NCBI GenBank assembly: GCA_030704615.1
Contig: CM060732.1
Location: 59,830,001-59,894,000 of the forward strand
Direction of reading: 5' to 3'
Length of the DNA stretch: 64,000 nt
Source: Takakia lepidozioides
Taxonomy: Eukaryota; Plantae; Bryophyta
Shown: in pieces, positions 57,711-64,000 of the stretch
Numbering within the stretch: the first letter of the stretch is position 1
Layout of the letters: the number at the start of each line of letters is the position of its first letter
Notes under the pieces: generated by a model
Told to the model about the DNA's origin: nothing
Seen by the model: the letters and a program-made list of their open reading frames with translations, nothing else
The model's database searches: none
Made by a program: the position numbers and the translations under genes

Positions 57711-60700
57711 ATGGGAAACAAGATAACTCGCAGGAGCCCGACTTATATAGAAGATCGCTACATCCGTCCTGATCAGGGCTTGTACCCGCCCAGAGATGTG
57801 GACCAACGCCAGCATGGTCGCCTCATTCTTGATGCGAAGCTGGCGCCTCGTTACCCTGGAGGAGAGGAGCCCGCAGTGGAACTGGAAGAATGCCCCATCT
57901 GTTTCCTGGTATGCTCATTTGACCTTCCTCTTGTCGAATTGGAATTATCTCAGGCGTCTACGGCCATTTATCTCATTTCCTTACCCAGGAGCATAGAATC
58001 TGGAGACCATTTCATTGAACTTGCCGAATAGGTGCCAGTAATTATTGTGATATATGTCGCGTCTTTTGTGATGAATTCGCTAGGATTTCCGTCTTCGCTA
58101 TGTGGAAAGGGGGGCGAAAAAAAATTCACGGCTTGGTGGAGTAACGTGCGTTATCAGCTTGTTTCTTGGTATAAGCTCTCATAAACTGCTGAATGTACCC
58201 CTTAGTTCGACAATAGAGTGGGTCACGGAAGTATTGGTGGAATGAACCTTGACCAGTCTTCAAGTCTTCTGGTGCACGAGGATACCAAATCCTGCATGAC
58301 TCATTGTTCGATAAGTGTAGATGGGATGTGGAGGTATACCTCTGAAGCGTAAGCCCCAGATAGTGAGTGAGATAGAGTGTTGGGCTCATCGCCCGCTTCT
58401 CACACCAGATTCTCCAAAATCAAGCCAACGTAACATGAAGTAAATTGATAAACCTGTAACAGCAGGTCCTCTGGGAAGAAATTAATAACCAAAGCTAACA
58501 CTAAATTTCATATTAGGGCATACACATTTTTCCATTTAGTGTTGAAAGTTCATTCCAAAATGTTAGTAAAAGCAGGATGGCTTGTAATGTCACACTGGGG
58601 TTGGGGTAAATTTCTGAGTATCACCACCTTTTCTGAACTTTATGTAGGAGCACATGTTGAGTGGCTTTCAGCTTGATTTGGAAGATGTCAATCTCACAGG
58701 TTTTAGAAGGTAGTGTCAGTTTTGATCACGTAGGAGGCCCAGGCAGACAGAGAGATCAACAAGAGGATGGCAGGATGGGCTGATGACCTAGTGGCATGGT
58801 GGTTTTTGGAACAGAATTATCCAAGTCTTAATCGATCCAAATGCTGCTCCAAGGGCATTTGCACTGGTGATCCAATTGCTCCCTTTTCCTTCGTTGGAAA
58901 CATCTCGCAACTTCCTCCTCTCTCTCTCTCCCCTGCCTGTTTCAAGGTAAGTAGTGTACTACCGGTGTCAACTCCTAACAAAGGTAGGTTCTGTCCCTTT
59001 GTGTTCCGCTCAAACTGAGCGCGGGGTATTAATGGCCACAAGGCTATGGCAAACAACGTCTTAGCACATTCTCTCTCCCCTGTTTGGCGCCGTACAGTTT
59101 CCTTTTTTTCCCATCAGCCCTTTGAGCTTCCTGTGCATCTTATAAAGTTTCTTTCCTTTCTTATTTTAGCTCTATCCTTACAACTTTTGTTAACAGAGTA
59201 ACCTCATGCTGAAGAAATGTGTGGAGTTGTTCCATGGGGATAAAGGAGAGGGTATAATTTGCAGTATGCAGGATCAGTGCAATTGTCTGCATATGGTAAC
59301 CCTTCTGTTTCATTTCGGAAATTTACTAGGTGAAATGAATTGTAAAGAATAATGCAAAAGAGAGTAACTCTACTTTGATCATTTGGCTGTTTGAATATGA
59401 TGTGCCATTCAACGAATAGTCCGAGCCAGTCAAAGGGGTATACCTTCAATGATGTGAATTTACACTTGTGAGGGTATGTTGTCCAACAGTGGCCTTTGCT
59501 AGAGAACTGCTGGAGCAGCTATGCTGTGAAAGAGGCGGGACTTGTTGGGCAAGTTGTACTAAGTGACAATGTCAGCTTGCAATTTGCATAATTTATACCT
59601 GGTCTTGAGAAGCAAGTGTCTCCGAGTACCTTTCGGAAGAGCGCCTTGACAAAAGCAGCACCTGAATTCTGCACTATTGTATGCATAACGATCAACTGAT
59701 AGGAGCGTAGCCAGAAGGCCTGGAAGATGTCAGCTTGATCTGCATGCAACCTTCGAAATTGTCTAGGAATGTTTGCCACCATGTGAATTTATAAAAGTAG
59801 TTCTTTTTCTTCATCTCCTGTCAGAATTACAAGGCAGTATCGAGAGTCAGGCCAACTTTTCACATTACCAAGCAAAGCAATGGATAGACATTGAAAATAT
59901 TTACATGTCCTTAGAGGTGCAACCTACAGAACTTTGACATGGGCCTGTTGCTTGGCTATTTTGCAGAGTGCTTTCTTCAGATGAAGTCCCTACATGGGGC
60001 TCGTCCAACACCGTATCCTTTGCAGCTCCTCGTGTTGAGAGCTTCGAAACTACTATATTTGGCTTTCTCTGTGGGTGTAGTCTAGTGGTTCCAGTGATCC
60101 ATCTTAAGAGGAGCCTATGTAGGGATCATCTAGGGTCAAATAGAGGGGGGAGAATGAACAACTGGAAAACGAGAAAATGTCCTTTCTTTCTTACCACTAG
60201 TTGCTGATCCAATAAAGAGTCGCCCTTTATGATGTCAGTACGGGGTGTTGAATGAGATGACAGTAGTGCCCGAATTCATGTTTAGTGCATCAACTTCGAC
60301 TTCATGCTTCACTTTCGCTTGCCTTCTCTGAGGCCGCTTGATTTGGTACTATGATATGTCGGTTCTTTCTGGTTGTACATTGTCAAATTGGGTGGATACC
60401 ACTTATCATGTCATTTGAGTCGAATTTCTTTCTCTGACCCAATTTCGGAAAATCTCCTAAATGTGGGACTGCTAAAGATGCCCTTTCTGCAATACACCCA
60501 ACTGTGCTGTTGAGTACCGAGGTGCCAAGACCCTGGAGGAGAAGGCTGTTGAGCAAGCTGTAAGTACTTAACAAGTTGCTCTTTCTTCAACTTTCTTTGG
60601 TGTGAGTTTCCTTTGCTGGTCTTTACAGTTAGCGAGGAAGCTACATTTATTTTGAGGATTCGTGCCATATGAGAAGTCCTCTGGAGTATTTGAAGATTAT

Positions 60701-60812
60701 GGATTGATGTGGCTGGGATTGCCAATTCCAGGAAGAGCAGAAAGTGATAGAGGCTAAGATTCGTATGCGGCAGCAAGAGCTCCAGGATGATGAAAAGAGA
60801 GAACAACAAAGG
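57711..60812 (+). CDS. DA2/GW2-like: GW2/DA2-family RING E3 ubiquitin ligase, first five coding exons; presumably continues beyond the TE insertions
   Basis: Exons 57711-57908, 58815-58866, 59967-60012, 60478-60559 and 60732-60812 splice in frame: [79 protein letters not shown]. Confidence 0.9.
58936..59069 (+). mobile_element. 134-bp 5'-truncated retroposon tail with 13-bp TSD, in RING gene intron 2
   Basis: Flanked by TCTCTCTCCCCTG at 58923-58935 and 59070-59082; similar to 54672-54793 (-). Confidence 0.75.
60013..60477 (+). other. U12-type (minor spliceosome) GT-AG intron
   Basis: 5' site GTATCCTTT, branch-like TCCTAAAT at 60455-60462, and AG at 60476-60477 with no polypyrimidine tract. 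Splicing restores RPTPCPFC. Confidence 0.82.
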
Positions 60813-60847
60813 GTTCGTAAAGTCTGTCATAGCCAGCTTATGTAATT

Positions 60848-63307
60848 CATAGTCACCGCGAAGGGAAAACGAGTTCACAAAAACAATTCTTGAAAACGTC
60901 AAAAACTGGAGTTCTCAAAGAAGAGGAAATTGGAAAACGGCATGAGCAACGAATGAATTTTATTCATCACAGTATGAGCACACATAATGCTACATACATA
61001 GCTCAAATCTCTTCCTCGCTATCCTCACTCTCTGACCAGTCTAGAAACTCGTCTTTATAGTAAGGGTCAAAAACTTTATCTCGCAATCGAATGTTGCTAA
61101 AAGCATATACAAGATCAACTGCTTTAGAAGAAGTCAAACCATTGCGCTTTTTAGAATGAATGTATTCAAATGTACTCCACTTTCTTTCACATGAAGATGT
61201 TGAAGTAATTTGAGCAAGAACTCTAATAGCAATCTTTTGAAGCTCTGGAGTTTCAGCCCCATAAGACTCCCACCAAATATGACCTGCAACTTCTTTGGCC
61301 ACCAATGATGCAGCGGGATCAGAAAACAATCCTTCCATGTTACGAAATGTAGATAGTTGCTTCTCCACTAGAACCTGACTTTGAACATCAAGATAGAATT
61401 TGTCCCGGATTATACGACACCCTTTCATAACCTCCTTGTCTCCCGCTTGACCCTTTCCTCTCCACTCGGGGTCTAAAACAAATCCGGCACAATGCAGTGG
61501 ACTGTGGATAAATAACCATCTGTCCTGCAAAATGTCCACAACTTGTTCCTTCTTCTCTGTTGACAGCCTGGATAAGCTATGCACTTTTTCAATGAGCTGA
61601 TCCATTTTCTAATAAAATTTTCCCATTGTTGGCATGTTAGAATCAACCATGCGCAACAGGGTGAACATGGGCTCTGAAATCTCAACAATGAGCTCCAAGT
61701 TCTTCCAAAATCTAGGAGCCAGTAGGTTATCAGCAATTGTTTCCCCCTCCGAGCTGCGTGACTGGTCCCAATTGTGCCATTCCCTACTAACAATCATTTG
61801 TTGAAGTGGTGTTTTCACCTTCAACAATCGTTCAAGCATGATGAAAGATGTCCCAAATCGTGTCTCTCCCGGTTTGAGGAGCTCCAGTCCTTTGTCTCTC
61901 AAAGAATACTCCCAAAAAAAAGCTTGACTATGGTGATGATTTGTGATAAACTTCACCACAGACTTTCCTTCTTTGACAAATGAAGAAACCCACTCTAAGT
62001 TGTCAATGTCCTCGAGACACAAATCAAGGCAATGTGCAGTACATTCTGAAAATGTAACGTGAGGGTACTTCTCTTCTATGAGTCTCCCGGCTCTCTTGCA
62101 GACAGCTGCATTGTCTGTGACAACCTGAACAACATTTTGAGACCCTATCTCCTCCATGACATCTATCAACTGTTGTGAAATGTACTCACTTGTTTTTTCT
62201 TGTCCACTCGTATCAATAGCCTTCTTGAAAAACTCTCATTTGGGTGATACACACAGTGCATTAAGTAGAGGTCTATTGGTGGTATTAGACCACCCATCAC
62301 AAGTCAATGTGCATCCGGTTTTGTTCCAAGACTCTATGATGGGTTGTAAGTCTTTGTTCAACTCTTTTCTGAAATCCTGCAACAAAGTGGTGCACAACTG
62401 CTCTGAACCAGGTGCTTTATAACCTGCCCCATAGTTCGAAATGGCTGATATCGTATTCTGAAAATATGGGGTCCTTGCATAGTTGAAAGGAACCCCACAT
62501 GAGTAATAGAAACGTACAACAGCTTGGTCTACATCTTGTTTTCACATCTTTGCAGCTTGCCAAGATGCAACCAATGTAGGTTGTGAAGCACTCAATGATT
62601 TCTTACTTGACAGGGAGGCTCTCTCCTCTGTTTTTCTCTTGGTAGTTGCTCTCTCTAGGTAATTCATTTTGTCCACAACTACCCTCACAGGTGCTAAAAT
62701 CTCCTCACTGACACTGGTGCACACCTCAATGTTCCCTCCTCCAAAATAATGCTCTCTAACACGACCAACAGACCCTGCCTTGAATTCTTTTCCACAATGT
62801 TTGCACTTGACTTCCCAGCATTTTCCATGCTGGATTGGAGCATTGATACAGTCAACCAATGACCATTCAAGTGCAGGGCTTGGAGGAAATTTTGGTGCTC
62901 TCTTCCTAAAAGAGGATGCAACATTGTTGTCCGAACTAGTGCAGGAGTTTAGAGAAGACATGCTTTCCTGACAAGTGGGACTGAGCTGAATGTTGTTTGC
63001 TGCCACGCAATAATGATTCCACGCCACTCAACAGCTACCTCGCTTGTGTTTTTCCTCACCCACCAGCATGAATCTGCCTCCCGCAACGCGCTCTCTCTCG
63101 TCGCAGACTGAGTAATTGTCTGATTTCAAAAGAATCTGCTCTAACAGGGTTCTAGGGTTTGTTGCCCGATTTTTCATCCATTCAAATTTTGGATGAAAAA
63201 CTTATCATCCACCCCTAAACGTTTTCTTTACGTTTCTTTTTTTTTACACCAAGGAACGTCAGAAACGACGTTCTCCTAAGTCACTTAGAGCGTTCACTGT
63301 GACTGGG
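60848..63307 (-). mobile_element. Full-length defective hAT transposon (BED finger, DUF659-like core, dimerisation domain)
   Basis: Perfect 8-bp TSD ATGTAATT (60840-60847 and 63308-63315); imperfect TIRs CATAGTCACCGCGAA / CCCAGTCACAGTGAA. ORF pieces VKCKHC..REH, VVQVVTDNAA, CTAHCLDL, ETRF, WWESYG..PELQKIAIRVL, SSCERKWS, broken by stops. Confidence 0.93.
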
Positions 63308-63808
63308 ATGTAATTTCAGACGGGATACTCTGAGACATGTGTCAAGGTCATGGAATCCCTGGGGCTTGGGTTCTACGGTGTGGGTGCTTAACGGCGTAGT
63401 CCTTTGTGCACTCAGAAGACCCCAAGACTGTGAAAACTATTGGAGGTTTACAGTACAGCTTATAGTTAAACACTACATTACATTTAGTATAGCTTGTAGT
63501 TAAATACTTCATTAGGTATGCTGACTTACTATTCATCTGTGCTACTACTTAGTGTTAAATACTTCATTAGGTTTAGTGCTACTACTTAGTGTTCTTCGAT
63601 TGGTTTCGATGCTTCTTGATTCTTACGTTAGGTGTTCATGCGTGGTAGTCTCTGCTAGGGCTCATGTAGCTTGATTGTTTACTACTGCTCGATGACAGTT
63701 GATTAGTGTTAAACATCTGATAAATGACTCTGCAGTAAATGTTTTGCTAACATTGTAGGCAGTTTCCTTGAATGCTCTTGATTGATAGCACGTTCTTGAA
63801 ATTCTAAA

Positions 63809-64000
63809 GGTTATGGGCCCACTTACATAAAGTGAACTAGAATTTTAGTGTCAAGTTTGTTGCTACTGTGCGTACATGTAGTTACATGTGTGTCAGAATT
63901 CATCTCAGTTTTAGCAATGTTTTTGAACGGAAGATTGATGGATCTTTCACGAGAGTTGAACAATATTGAGCGGTACTGTGGTGATGATTTTCACCTCTGA
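63809..64000 (+). mobile_element. Start of a second Copia element: PBS and gag N-terminus (LTR probably within 63320-63808)
   Basis: PBS GGTTATGGGCCCAC at 63809-63822. ATG at 63938 gives MDLSRELNNIERYCGDDFHL*, matching the Copia gag start with W replaced by a stop. Confidence 0.72.

Overview
Eukaryotic nuclear DNA from a non-seed land plant, probably a moss or relative. The inference rests on a flagellar DRC2/CCDC65 gene, PLS-DYW editing factors, a chromovirus and half-tRNA-primed Copia elements. Apparently intact genes: a TPD1-like secreted protein, a PLS-E-DYW PPR protein, multi-exon DRC2/CCDC65, and the 5' part of a GW2/DA2-type RING ligase with a U12-type intron. A second PPR gene has its DYW domain uncoupled by a perfect 16-bp duplication. 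Pseudogenes: FCP1/NIF phosphatase-like, an intronless fungal-like GMC oxidoreductase (candidate HGT relic), TIMELESS and a HAD hydrolase. Transposons: an intact Ty3/gypsy pol plus 3' LTR, a nested Ty3-in-Copia-in-GMC wreck whose Ty3 shows Tf1-type self-priming geometry, RTE-X-like LINE ends stacked head-to-tail, a second LINE-tail family, Helitron-like ends, a full hAT with 8-bp TSD, hAT MITEs, a CACTA remnant, and a TTAA-flanked piggyBac-like element. All family assignments are by motif recognition only; no searches were run.
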